Source: Pseudomonadota bacterium
GTDB lineage: Bacteria > Pseudomonadota > Gammaproteobacteria > UBA9214
Direction of reading: 5' to 3'
Assembly: GCA_029287615.1 (NCBI GenBank)
Contig: JARFQV010000025.1
Coordinates: forward strand, 1-54,474
DNA length: 54,474 nt
The translations under genes and the position numbers were made by a program. Numbering within the stretch: position 1 is the stretch's first letter; every line of letters starts with the position of its first letter. The notes beneath the pieces were generated by a model, which was not told where the DNA came from, ran no database searches, and saw only the letters and a program-made list of their open reading frames with translations. Shown piece after piece: positions 1-9,109 of the stretch.

Positions 1-1449
1 TTGCCCGGCCTGTTTACCTACCGTGGGTTTCACGATGTATTCAGGGACGAGTCTCTGTCCCTGATCACCGAAATCGGAAAAGAGGACTGGGTGCTGGGTA
101 AAAAGTCCGGAGAGCTGACAAAAGCTGATTCCGGAAAACTCCAGAAAAAACTTTTTACGCTTTACATTGATGATTATATCCGGTTCTGGCAGAACCTTCT
201 GGATGATCTGCAGATTGTTCGCTTCCATAATCACGGGGAAGCCAGGGAAGTGCTGGACCTGGTATCCGGCCCCTCATCCCCACTGAAAGACATGCTGCGA
301 TTCATAGACAGTAATACAACCCTGTACCAGATTCCCGAGGGGGGACAGGATCTGGCCAAGAAGGCAGCGGATGCCGGCTTGAGGAGGCATGGTCGTCTGA
401 GACGGCTCTTTGATGCGGCAGATGAAGTCGAAATCGATGTTGTCCCGGACATGCCGGGTATGCGTATAGACCGGACCTTCGAGCGACTGAACCAGTTGAG
501 CCGGAGCAAGGATGGCAGGCAGCCTCCCGTCAACAGCATCCTGGATCTGCTTTCAGAGTTGTCCGGCTATACCGGCACGATTGGGTCGGGTATAGGACAA
601 ACGAGTGAATTAGGGGTAATAACCGGCGGTAGCGGCAGTGACATCACCCGGCGCGTGCAAGTAGCCGCAAAGCGGCAGCCTGATCCGGTCAAGCGCTGGA
701 TGATGCAGCTGACATCCGGTGTCCAGTCCCGTGCCATTAGCGGTGCCAGAAAACAGCTGAACTCCCTGTGGCAGTCCAGGGTGTTGCCCTATTGCCAGGA
801 GATGCTGTCAGATCGTTATCCTTTTCAGAGCAACAGCAAGCAGGAAGTTACCCTGCACGATTTCGGTAAATTTTTTGGTGATGGCGGGGTGATGGACGAG
901 TTTTTCAAGAGCAATCTTGCCAGTATGGTGGATGCCTCATCACAGCAGTGGCGCTGGCGGACGACGGATGGCACTTCGGTAGGGCTTTCAAACAGTGTAT
1001 TACGTCAATTCCAGAGAGCCGATCGTATCAAGGAAACATTCTTTGAGAGTGGCGGACAGAAACCCTCCATCTCCTTTAGCCTGAAGCCCCTGTTCCTCGA
1101 TGAGCAAGTGAAACGTTTCATGCTCGATCTGGACGGTGAAAAGTTTGTCTATCGACACGAACCGCCCAGGGCGCAAGGTGGGAAATGGCCCGGATCAGGT
1201 ATCACCGGACAGGTGAGGGTAGTTTTCGAGACCTTCAGTGGAGCTCATGCCAGTCTTACGGAAGAAGGGCCCTGGGCCTGGTTCCGGATACTTGACCAGT
1301 CGCAGTTGAATATGGTGTCGGCGGACCGCATGCAGGCGACCTTCGAGGCGGGTTCCTATACGGCAAAATACGAAATTCGCGCAGGCAGTGTTGCCAATCC
1401 GTTTTATCTGGAGGATTTGCAAAAATTTCACTGTCCGGAGCGTCTGTAG
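1..1449 (+). CDS. tssM: Type VI secretion membrane-complex protein TssM/IcmF, C-terminal part (5'-truncated by window edge)
   Basis: IcmF C-terminal motifs GLFTYRGF, EDWVLG, RYPF, DFGKFFGDGGVMDEFF and GPWAWFRILD, ending in NPF..L..F.CP; followed by tagF and a PP2C phosphatase. Confidence 0.93.
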   Translation: MPGLFTYRGFHDVFRDESLSLITEIGKEDWVLGKKSGELTKADSGKLQKKLFTLYIDDYIRFWQNLLDDLQIVRFHNHGEAREVLDLVSGPSSPLKDMLRFIDSNTTLYQIPEGGQDLAKKAADAGLRRHGRLRRLFDAADEVEIDVVPDMPGMRIDRTFERLNQLSRSKDGRQPPVNSILDLLSELSGYTGTIGSGIGQTSELGVITGGSGSDITRRVQVAAKRQPDPVKRWMMQLTSGVQSRAISGARKQLNSLWQSRVLPYCQEMLSDRYPFQSNSKQEVTLHDFGKFFGDGGVMDEFFKSNLASMVDASSQQWRWRTTDGTSVGLSNSVLRQFQRADRIKETFFESGGQKPSISFSLKPLFLDEQVKRFMLDLDGEKFVYRHEPPRAQGGKWPGSGITGQVRVVFETFSGAHASLTEEGPWAWFRILDQSQLNMVSADRMQATFEAGSYTAKYEIRAGSVANPFYLEDLQKFHCPERL

Positions 1450-1465
1450 AGAAGAGCGTGATCCG

Positions 1466-2233
1466 ATGTCCGGTTTCTACGGAAAGCTTCCCCTGGTCGG
1501 AGATTTCGTCACCAGACGTTTGCCCAGTACATTCATTGATCCCTGGGACAGCTGGTTGCAGGCTGCAATAGCATGCAGTAAAGAGCAACTGGAAGAACAG
1601 TGGCTGGATGTTTACCTGGGCAGCCCGATCTGGCGTTTTGTCCTGTCTTCGGGTTTGTGTGGTGATGTTCCATGGGCGGGCGCCATTATGCCGAGCGTTG
1701 ACAGGGTGGGTCGCTATTTTCCGCTGACCGTGGCTGTCTCAACGGACAGGCAGAGTGAACCGTGCTTGCTGGCTGTTGATGCTATCGACTGGTTTCAAAG
1801 CGCCGAGTCCGCATTACTGGCTGTGCTGGAGGAAGAGATCAGTCTTGAGGAATTCGACCAGAAGGTTGATGCGCTGGGTTCAGTCGATTCCGAGGAAAAG
1901 GTTGTTGCCACTGTTGAGGGTGAACAATTATGCATTGATGCAAAGGATTCGCCAGTTTGGCGTGTTTCAATTTCTTCAGTAGTGGATGTCAAGGGTGTAT
2001 TTACCAGGTTGGCCCACGATTTTATGAGTGAATCATTATCCAGGTACAGTTTATGGTGGACGGATGGCTCTGATGATATGGAGCCTGGCTTTCTGGTCTT
2101 TAACGGGTTGCCACCAGTGAAATTCTATTCTTCGCTTCTTGGTGGCTCAGGAATGAGTAAGCCTGATGGAAGCAATCCTGATCGTTCCATCGATAAGCAG
2201 GCTGGGGCAGCGGAGGATGAACCGGACTCATGA
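1466..2233 (+). CDS. tagF: T6SS-associated protein TagF (ImpM)
   Basis: GFYGKLPLVGDFV and MPSVDRVGRYFPL signature motifs; start placed at ATG 1466 within ORF 1388..2233. Confidence 0.92.
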   Translation: MSGFYGKLPLVGDFVTRRLPSTFIDPWDSWLQAAIACSKEQLEEQWLDVYLGSPIWRFVLSSGLCGDVPWAGAIMPSVDRVGRYFPLTVAVSTDRQSEPCLLAVDAIDWFQSAESALLAVLEEEISLEEFDQKVDALGSVDSEEKVVATVEGEQLCIDAKDSPVWRVSISSVVDVKGVFTRLAHDFMSESLSRYSLWWTDGSDDMEPGFLVFNGLPPVKFYSSLLGGSGMSKPDGSNPDRSIDKQAGAAEDEPDS

Positions 2234-2967
2234 ATACATCAGCAGAATTCAGATGGACTTCATCATGCCTTACCCATCTGGGGTTGGTCAGGCAGGTCAA
2301 TGAGGATGCCTGTCTGGACCGGCCGGAGGCTGGTATTTGGGTAGTCGCGGATGGCATGGGGGGACATATGGCTGGTGACATAGCCAGCCGCATGATCGTC
2401 GATGCCCTGCGAGACGTTAATCCAGGTAGCAGGCTCAGCGAAATGGTGAACAATGTCGAAAGGCGTATCTTGAATGTTAACCATGATCTGATCAAAAAGG
2501 TGGAAGGAGAAGAGATCGGTAATATTATGGGTAGTACGGTTGTGGCGCTTGTCGCCAAGAAAGGCCACTGTGCCTGTATATGGGCCGGGGATAGCAGGAT
2601 GTACCGGTTTAGACGGGGAGAACTCGAGCAGCTTACCAGGGACCATAGCCGTGTGGAGGAATTAATCGAATCCGGCGATCTTTTACCGGAATTGGCAGAA
2701 TCCCACCCGGAAGCAAATATAATTACGCGGGCGGTAGGTGTTGACGAGTTACTGGTTCTTGATGTCGATGTTCTGGAGATACAGGATGGGGACCTGTTCT
2801 TGCTCTGCAGTGACGGTTTGTACAAGGAAGTTGAATATCCTGAAATCGAGAATCAGATGACAAACGGGAGTTGCGCGGAGATTTGCGCAAATCTGGTGCA
2901 GCTTGCACTGGACCGCGGTTGTCGTGACAACGTTACAATCGTGGCAACCCGGTTCGATCTGGTATAA
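2230..2967 (+). CDS. pppA: PP2C-family Ser/Thr protein phosphatase (PppA/Stp1-like, T6SS-associated)
   Basis: RQVNED, VADGMGGH, WAGDSR, LLCSDGL and DNVT PP2C motifs; ATGA overlap with tagF. Confidence 0.88.
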   Translation: MNTSAEFRWTSSCLTHLGLVRQVNEDACLDRPEAGIWVVADGMGGHMAGDIASRMIVDALRDVNPGSRLSEMVNNVERRILNVNHDLIKKVEGEEIGNIMGSTVVALVAKKGHCACIWAGDSRMYRFRRGELEQLTRDHSRVEELIESGDLLPELAESHPEANIITRAVGVDELLVLDVDVLEIQDGDLFLLCSDGLYKEVEYPEIENQMTNGSCAEICANLVQLALDRGCRDNVTIVATRFDLV

Positions 2968-3043
2968 AAACCATTACCAATCAATATAAGCGCTACGATC
3001 CGGTTCGCAGTGGTTTTTTCGTCTATAGTAAAATCAAGGTATT

Positions 3044-3334
3044 ATGAAGAAGGGCCTGTCTATGCCTCACAGCCCACATACAATCCTCTCAGAACTCTCG
3101 CGGGCCTACCTGGACGGTAGGGTGAACCGTGAATTTTACGTGGAGGAAAGAACCAGGGTGATTGATGAAATTACAGGCGATGCCGAGCTGGGCGATACGA
3201 TACGCATCGACAAGTCCTCACCTGCTAAAAGCATGGAACTTGCAGGGCGCTCAATGAATAATACCCTTCAGGTGTCTATCTGGCTTACTATCCTGATCCT
3301 GCTGACCCTGCTGGGATGGTACTACCTGGTCTAG
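3044..3334 (+). CDS. Small hypothetical protein with a C-terminal transmembrane helix (alternative start 3062)
   Basis: 96-aa ORF co-oriented with the T6SS genes; hydrophobic C-terminus VSIWLTILILLTLLGWYYLV. Confidence 0.65.
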   Translation: MKKGLSMPHSPHTILSELSRAYLDGRVNREFYVEERTRVIDEITGDAELGDTIRIDKSSPAKSMELAGRSMNNTLQVSIWLTILILLTLLGWYYLV

Positions 3335-3494
3335 GGCCTGTTAACATGCGGATGCGTCGGGATGGGGCCATTTCTCCCCATGACCGCGTTGCACTTTCGC
3401 TGATGTACGGCAAGTACACCACGCTCAGTGCGCCTTGTCCTGCAAAAAAATGGCTGCCGTCGATGGATATCCGCATCGTGTTAACAGGCCCTAG
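3331..3494. mobile_element. MITE-like element, copy 1 (CTAG + GGCCTGTTAACA terminal inverted repeats)
   Basis: ctagggcctgttaaca at 3331-3346 and tgttaacaggccctag at 3479-3494; imperfect sub-terminal pairing (tgcggat/atccgca, gccattt/aaatggc); no transposase; the same ends recur at 46938-47012. Confidence 0.72.
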
Positions 3495-4159
3495 CCCATC
3501 TGCTTTTCCCGGATCTCATCCAGAGTCTTGCAGTCAATGCACAGGGTTGCGGTGGGGCGTGCCTCCAGACGTCTGATGCCGATCTCGATTCCGCAGGATT
3601 CACAGTAGCCGTACTCGTCATTGTCGAGGTTGTGTAGCGCCTCGTCGATTTTCTTGATGAGCTTCCGCTCACGATCCCGTGTCCTCAACTCCATGCTGAA
3701 TTCAGACTCCTGGGTGGCACGGTCATTCGGGTCTGGAAAATTGGCTGCATCATCCTGCATATGATGAACCGTACGGTCGACCTCCTCCATCAGTTCCTGT
3801 TTCCAGGTCTCCAGAATATTCCGGAAGTGCTTGATCTGTTCCTCACCCATGTAGTCTTCGCCCTTTTTCTCCTTGTAGGGAGCAATACCCGGTACCGGGC
3901 CGACCTGACTGGCGGGGCGTTTGGATGTTCCTGCCGGTTTCTTCTTGGACGAAACCAGTCTGAGACTGGATTTATCGTTAGTCGATTTATCGGCGGCTGG
4001 CTTACTGGTGGTGGTTTTACGGGCAGCAGGCTTTTTCGCTGCCGTTGTTTTCTTGCTGGCAGCCTTTTTCGCCGGGGCTTTTTTCACCGCAGGCTTCTTG
4101 GCCGTGCCCTTGCCGCCGGCAGCCGATTTGGTTGGCGCTGATTTCTTCTTTGCAGCCAT
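3491..4159 (-). CDS. dksA: RNA polymerase-binding transcription factor DksA with a Lys/Ala-rich N-terminal extension
   Basis: [14 protein letters not shown] coiled-coil tip and CESC...CIDC zinc finger; AGGAG RBS before ATG 4159. Confidence 0.95.
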   Translation of the reverse strand: MAAKKKSAPTKSAAGGKGTAKKPAVKKAPAKKAASKKTTAAKKPAARKTTTSKPAADKSTNDKSSLRLVSSKKKPAGTSKRPASQVGPVPGIAPYKEKKGEDYMGEEQIKHFRNILETWKQELMEEVDRTVHHMQDDAANFPDPNDRATQESEFSMELRTRDRERKLIKKIDEALHNLDNDEYGYCESCGIEIGIRRLEARPTATLCIDCKTLDEIREKQMG

Positions 4160-4397
4160 TAAAGCATTCTCCTGAAGCCCTCGTTTATTCGGGGCCGATT
4201 TTAATACCACAACAGTCGGTTATTGGCAATTCCGATGTGTTTGATGCATCCTCTGCATTTCACCGGACTAGTCGGCTAGTTTCCTGCCACAAGCCTGGAC
4301 AGTCAAGCCCATCCTCCGGTACTGCCGATTTGATCTAGGCTGTCGATACAGCAATCAAGCCGGATTTTTCATTAACGAGCCTGGAAAATTATACTGG

Positions 4398-5216
4398 ATG
4401 ATGAACGAGTTATCTGCATTGCTCCTGGATGTTGACGGAACCATCGCCGACACCGAAGAACTACACAGGCAGGCCTTCAATTCCGCCTTCACCGAATTCG
4501 GTCTTGACTGGAACTGGTCCAGGGATCTCTATACCGAATTACTGTCCGTTACCGGTGGCAAGGAGCGGATTCGTCACTACATCGACTGCTATCTTCCCGA
4601 CTTTACCCCGCCGGATGATCTGCCAGAATTCATCGCCCGGATGCACGAGTTGAAAACGGTTTTTTACATCCAGACGGTTGAGCAGGGCAGGGCACCCTTG
4701 CGACCCGGGGTAGAACGCCTGATCTGTGAAGCGAGGGCTGCCGGATTACGACTTGCGATCGCCACCACCACATCCCCGGAAAATGTACAGGCGTTACTGG
4801 GGTGCAGTTTCAGAAAGGCTTCAGTCTCCTGGTTTGACGTGATCGCAGCCGGTAACGCAGTCAAGGCGAAAAAACCGGCTCCGGATATCTACCGCCTTGC
4901 CCTGGCTGAGTTGGGGCTTCCGCCGCAGTCCTGTCTTGCTATCGAGGATTCTGTCAACGGTTTGCGGGCCGCAAGCGATTCGGGCATCAGGACCCTGATT
5001 ACCGTCAATCACTATACCCGGCATGAAAATTTCGAGGGTGCGGTCCTGGTACTGGATCAACTGGGCGATCCGGGAAATCCCTTCGAGGTCATCCAGGGCG
5101 ATGCCCGGGGATGGAAGTATGTTGACGTGGCCCTGCTGAAGAGACTGCATGAACGTACCCGGGGGCCGGTTCATACGGATCAACCACCGGACATCCCGGA
5201 GAGGGAACCATCCTGA
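4398..5216 (+). CDS. cbbY: CbbY-like HAD-IA family hydrolase (sugar-bisphosphate phosphatase)
   Basis: DVDGTIADTE, HRQAFN..F...GLDWNW, VTGGKERI, KKPAPDIY and IEDSVNG motifs typical of CbbY. Confidence 0.78.
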   Translation: MMNELSALLLDVDGTIADTEELHRQAFNSAFTEFGLDWNWSRDLYTELLSVTGGKERIRHYIDCYLPDFTPPDDLPEFIARMHELKTVFYIQTVEQGRAPLRPGVERLICEARAAGLRLAIATTTSPENVQALLGCSFRKASVSWFDVIAAGNAVKAKKPAPDIYRLALAELGLPPQSCLAIEDSVNGLRAASDSGIRTLITVNHYTRHENFEGAVLVLDQLGDPGNPFEVIQGDARGWKYVDVALLKRLHERTRGPVHTDQPPDIPEREPS

Positions 5217-6385
5217 TGACCAGGGCCCGTCGCATGGCGGATATCGAGCCATTTCATGTCATGGCCCTGCTTGCCCGGGCCCGTGAACTGGAGGCTCGTG
5301 GAATGTCGATCATTCATATGGAGATAGGCGAACCGGATTTTATCAGCCCCGGCCCCGTTATCGAGGCGGGTCATGAGGCCCTGCGTGCGGGAGCGATGCA
5401 CTATACGCCGGCAAGCGGGCTACCCCGGTTGCGCGAGGCAATTTCCGGTTTCTATCGCGATCGATACGGTGTGCAGGTCGATGCGGGGCGCATTATCGTT
5501 ACACCCGGTGCCTCGGCAGCCCTGCAGCTGGTCATGGCGGTACTGGTGGATCCCGGCAGACAGGTCCTGATGGCCGATCCGGGTTACCCCTGTAACCGGA
5601 ATTTTGTCCGACTGGTGGAGGGTATTCCCGTCGGTATCCCGGTTGATGCTACAAGCAGTTACCAGATTACCCCGGCACAAGCGCGGGACTACTGGACAGA
5701 TGAGGTCGTTGCCATGATCGTGGCTTCGCCATCCAATCCTACCGGGACGCTGCTGGATTCCAGGCAGCTGGCAGCCCTGTACACCGTGGCCAATGAACAT
5801 GCCGGGCATTTGATTGTGGATGAAATCTATCATGGTCTGACCTATGGGGTTGCTGCACATAGCGCTCTGGAGGTATCCAGCCGGATATTTGTCATCAACA
5901 GTTTTTCCAAGTATTTCGGTATGACCGGCTGGCGGCTGGGGTGGGTGGTGGCGCCGGAAGATTTTGTCGAGGATCTGGATAAACTGGCGCAAAATCTTTT
6001 TTTGTCCGCACCCACCCTTTCACAGCATGCGGCACTGGCCGCCTTTCATCCCGATACCCTGTCTATACTCGAGGAGCGCCGCGATGAATTCCGGGCACGG
6101 CGGGATTTCCTGCTACCGGCCCTGAGAGAGACTGGTTTCCGCATTCCCGTCACTCCCCAGGGGGCGTTTTATCTCTATGCAGACTGCAGTCGTTTCACCG
6201 GGGACAGTTACCGGTTCGCCCTGAACCTGCTGGAGGACGCCGGTGTGGCAATCACACCGGGAATCGATTTCGGTAGCAACAGGCCGGAAAGCCACGTGCG
6301 TTTTGCCTACACCACCTCCATGGAAAATCTCCGGGAAGGGGTCAACCGGCTGCGTAGATGTATCGACCCGGTCAGGACCTGTTGA
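5216..6385 (+). CDS. PLP-dependent class I/II aminotransferase
   Basis: IGEPDF, SPSNPTG, VDEIY and NSFSKYFGMTGWRLG motifs. Confidence 0.92.
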   Translation: MTRARRMADIEPFHVMALLARARELEARGMSIIHMEIGEPDFISPGPVIEAGHEALRAGAMHYTPASGLPRLREAISGFYRDRYGVQVDAGRIIVTPGASAALQLVMAVLVDPGRQVLMADPGYPCNRNFVRLVEGIPVGIPVDATSSYQITPAQARDYWTDEVVAMIVASPSNPTGTLLDSRQLAALYTVANEHAGHLIVDEIYHGLTYGVAAHSALEVSSRIFVINSFSKYFGMTGWRLGWVVAPEDFVEDLDKLAQNLFLSAPTLSQHAALAAFHPDTLSILEERRDEFRARRDFLLPALRETGFRIPVTPQGAFYLYADCSRFTGDSYRFALNLLEDAGVAITPGIDFGSNRPESHVRFAYTTSMENLREGVNRLRRCIDPVRTC

Positions 6386-6395
6386 TTACTGCGTT

Positions 6396-7172
6396 TCACG
6401 TCGGTGTGACATTCGGGCTGGCGATTTCCTCTTTGCCTTGCTGCGGCAATTGCCATTCCCGGACCCACATGGCGGTAGCGCCGGCAACGGCAACGGGCAT
6501 GGCGATGAAATTGAGGATTGGTATCATCGTCAGTAGCAGGGCGCCACTGCCGAATCCGAGCGCCAGCATGCGTTTTTTCCGCAACAGCTTGCGCTGCCTG
6601 GCGAACAGGAGGCCATGATTACCCATTGGATAATCGGCATATTCAATGGACATCATCCAGGCACTGAACAGAAACCATAGAAACGGCGCGGCCAGTGAAA
6701 CGGGCGGAATGAAAAAAGCGATCCCGAAGGGAATGGCCCAGAGTATGAAATAGAGCAGCTTGCGCACTTCGGACCACAGGGCCGGCAGCAGGTCTTTGAG
6801 CAGGTCCTGCCACCCCCCCACATTATCTGTGTTGTGGACGTTCAGGTGTTGTTCCACTGCCTCGGCCAGTAATCCGTTGAAGGGTGCTCCGATCAGATTG
6901 GCCACGATGGAAAAACCATAGAAGATAATCAGCAGACCGGTTATGGCGAACAGCGGCCAGAGCACATATCGAAGCCAGTTCAGCCAGTCGGGAAGATAAC
7001 CGAGCAGAAATTTGATCAGCATGTCGATCCAGTCCGATGCCAGCAGGATGACACTGCCGAAGATCAGGCTGCTGATCAATACGGGGACGGCTGCATAGCG
7101 GCGCAGACCGGGTTGGCGGATCAGTCGCATGCCCTCCAGGAGATAACGTGCGCCCTTGACGAGCTCTTTCAT
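6396..7172 (-). CDS. cysZ: Sulfate transporter CysZ (EI24 family)
   Basis: APFNGLLAEAVE, EYADYPMGNH and IPILNFIAMPVAVAGAT motifs; hydrophobic protein. Confidence 0.9.
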   Translation of the reverse strand: MKELVKGARYLLEGMRLIRQPGLRRYAAVPVLISSLIFGSVILLASDWIDMLIKFLLGYLPDWLNWLRYVLWPLFAITGLLIIFYGFSIVANLIGAPFNGLLAEAVEQHLNVHNTDNVGGWQDLLKDLLPALWSEVRKLLYFILWAIPFGIAFFIPPVSLAAPFLWFLFSAWMMSIEYADYPMGNHGLLFARQRKLLRKKRMLALGFGSGALLLTMIPILNFIAMPVAVAGATAMWVREWQLPQQGKEEIASPNVTPT

Positions 7173-8461
7173 GATTTTGGTCCTCTGTCTTCTCGTATAC
7201 CCTTCAGGGCCAGTCTCGCGGACCCGCAGGCAGCATCCGGATATGCCGGCCTAAGCAGGGGTATTCCGAGGCGTTGCTTGCGAATTTCTGACCAGGCCGG
7301 ATTAGCTGCACCACCGCCCATGGTGTACACCGCTTCGGGATAGGGCGCGCCGAGTGATTCCAGTAAGCGGTAACCGCGAAGCTCGATCCCTGCCATACCC
7401 TCCAGGATTGCCTGCAGAAAAACACTGCGCTCTGCCGGGCGTGGGTGGAGTCGCGGTTCCAGTTCAGGATCGTTGACGGGAAACCGCTCTCCCCTGGCTG
7501 GTAGTGGATAGTAATCCAGGCCGGTCGCACACCGGGGATCCAGCTGCTGCGTCAACTCATCCAGTTCGCCGGTACTGAAATACTGCAGCAAAACTGCTCC
7601 CCCCGTATTGGAGGCGCCGCCAGTCAGCCAGTGGTCACCAAGGCGGTGACTGTAGATGCCGTATTGTGGAGCAAAGACCGGCCGGGTGGAAAGCACTTTC
7701 AGAACCATGGTGCTACCCAGCGATGTAACGGCCTCGCCGGGATGCGCATCGGTCGCAATGATGGCGGCAGTACTGTCGGTTGTGCCGGCAATGATTCTTG
7801 TGCCGGTGGAAAACTGCCATTTTTCTGCCAGCGATGGCTCGATGGTACCCGCATCGGTGCCCGGGGGAAGGACGGTCGGCAGGAGAGCCGATTCAATGCC
7901 CAGGCTTTGCAACCAGTCCGGCCAGCATCGACCGACCGGGTCAAAACCCAGCTTGAGGGCATTGTTTTCGTCGCTGAGCCCGTAACGGCCGGTGAGTGTC
8001 CCCAGCACCCAGTCTGCCTGATGCAGGGCATGGCAGGCCCGTTTCGCGTTCCTGCCTTTGAGCAGGACCATCAACTTCGCCAGGCTCGAACTCGGACCAT
8101 GCGCACCACTCTCCGCGGGGGCGACAGCGGCAATACGCCTCGCCTCGTTCACCGCACGGGTGTCGTTATACATCAGGGCCGGGCCAAGTGGACTACCCTT
8201 TGCGGTGCACAGGAGCAGCGTGGACGAGGTGGCATCGACCGCGATCGACATCACTTCGCGAAGCGTTACCCGCTCCCGCAACTGTGCCAGCACGTTCTCG
8301 ACAGCCTTCCACCAGTGACGGCTGTCCTGTTCCACCTGCGGGCCGTTGCGCAGTGGGGCGGGCAATCGGGCCGCAGCCCGGGCCAGTACTCTGCCCCGTG
8401 TGTCGAGCACACAGGCACGGCAACCCGAGGTTCCGATATCGATGCCGAGAACAGACTTCAA
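7169..8461 (-). CDS. FGGY-family carbohydrate kinase (D-ribulose kinase/XK1-like subfamily)
   Basis: GIDIGTSG, LMYND, SDENNALKLG, GTTDS, GIYSHR..WLTGGASNTGG and LDYYPL..GERFP motifs. Confidence 0.85.
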   Translation of the reverse strand: MKSVLGIDIGTSGCRACVLDTRGRVLARAAARLPAPLRNGPQVEQDSRHWWKAVENVLAQLRERVTLREVMSIAVDATSSTLLLCTAKGSPLGPALMYNDTRAVNEARRIAAVAPAESGAHGPSSSLAKLMVLLKGRNAKRACHALHQADWVLGTLTGRYGLSDENNALKLGFDPVGRCWPDWLQSLGIESALLPTVLPPGTDAGTIEPSLAEKWQFSTGTRIIAGTTDSTAAIIATDAHPGEAVTSLGSTMVLKVLSTRPVFAPQYGIYSHRLGDHWLTGGASNTGGAVLLQYFSTGELDELTQQLDPRCATGLDYYPLPARGERFPVNDPELEPRLHPRPAERSVFLQAILEGMAGIELRGYRLLESLGAPYPEAVYTMGGGAANPAWSEIRKQRLGIPLLRPAYPDAACGSARLALKGIREDRGPKS

Positions 8462-8555
8462 GCTAAGGGTCGGTTAGATAATATTTAGATATAAATTATA
8501 TTATTGCAGTAATAAGTAGATCTTAATGCTGGGGCTGGTGGTCGCTCTGCTTGCC

Positions 8556-8975
8556 TCATGGCGCAAGGTATTCATCGTCTCCGGCCCGCTTCAGGCGGAC
8601 CAGCGGGGAGGGGCTCCAGCCAGGTTGCTGGTGCTCAACGGTGACGGTGGTGTAGATACCGCCGCGTACGTTGAACTCCCCGCAGACCCGGATAAAACGG
8701 GGGTCGCTGGCACGTACGAGATCGCTGAGTATCTGGTTAGTCACATCTTCATGAAAGGCTCCCTCATCACGGAATGACCAGATATATGTTTTCAGGGATT
8801 TCAGCTCCAGGCAGCTCTGGTTCGGTACATAATCGATATACAGGGTGGCAAAATCCGGCTGGCCGGTCTTCGGGCACAGGCAGGTGAATTCCGGTATCCG
8901 GATTCGAATGGTGTAATCCCTCAGCGGGTGAGGATTCAGAAAGGTTTCCAGTTCCTTGTTTGGCTTGCCGGGCAT
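8556..8975 (-). CDS. queF: NADPH-dependent 7-cyano-7-deazaguanine reductase (short type)
   Basis: [24 protein letters not shown] and RGGI motifs. Confidence 0.95.
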   Translation of the reverse strand: MPGKPNKELETFLNPHPLRDYTIRIRIPEFTCLCPKTGQPDFATLYIDYVPNQSCLELKSLKTYIWSFRDEGAFHEDVTNQILSDLVRASDPRFIRVCGEFNVRGGIYTTVTVEHQQPGWSPSPLVRLKRAGDDEYLAP

Positions 8976-8981
8976 CGTTTA

Positions 8982-9011
8982 ACCATACAGGAGAGTTGCG
9001 TTTGGATACAA
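8982..9011 (-). promoter_or_regulatory. Candidate sigma70 promoter for queF
   Basis: Minus strand TTGTAT-N18-TATGGT, ending 6 nt before the ATG. Confidence 0.4.
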
Positions 9012-9080
9012 GAATACTCCTCTTGCGTGCGGTAGCGATTCTTGACCGGAATCGAATTGAAAATTTATGTCGTCCGGGGC

Positions 9081-9109
9081 TTGTATCTTGCCATCGGAAA
9101 CCTTATCTT
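9081..9109 (+). promoter_or_regulatory. Candidate sigma70 promoter for smc
   Basis: TTGTAT-N17-TATCTT, ending 8 nt before ATG 9118. Confidence 0.45.

Noticed and set aside
3316-3576. Short ORFs crossing the MITE (3316..3576 +, 3288..3476 -)
   Set aside because: No transposase motifs; they overlap real genes and come from the repeat sequence.
8976-9060. preQ1 riboswitch upstream of queF
   Set aside because: No preQ1-I stem-loop plus A-rich tail is visible, and the promoter appears to abut the start codon.
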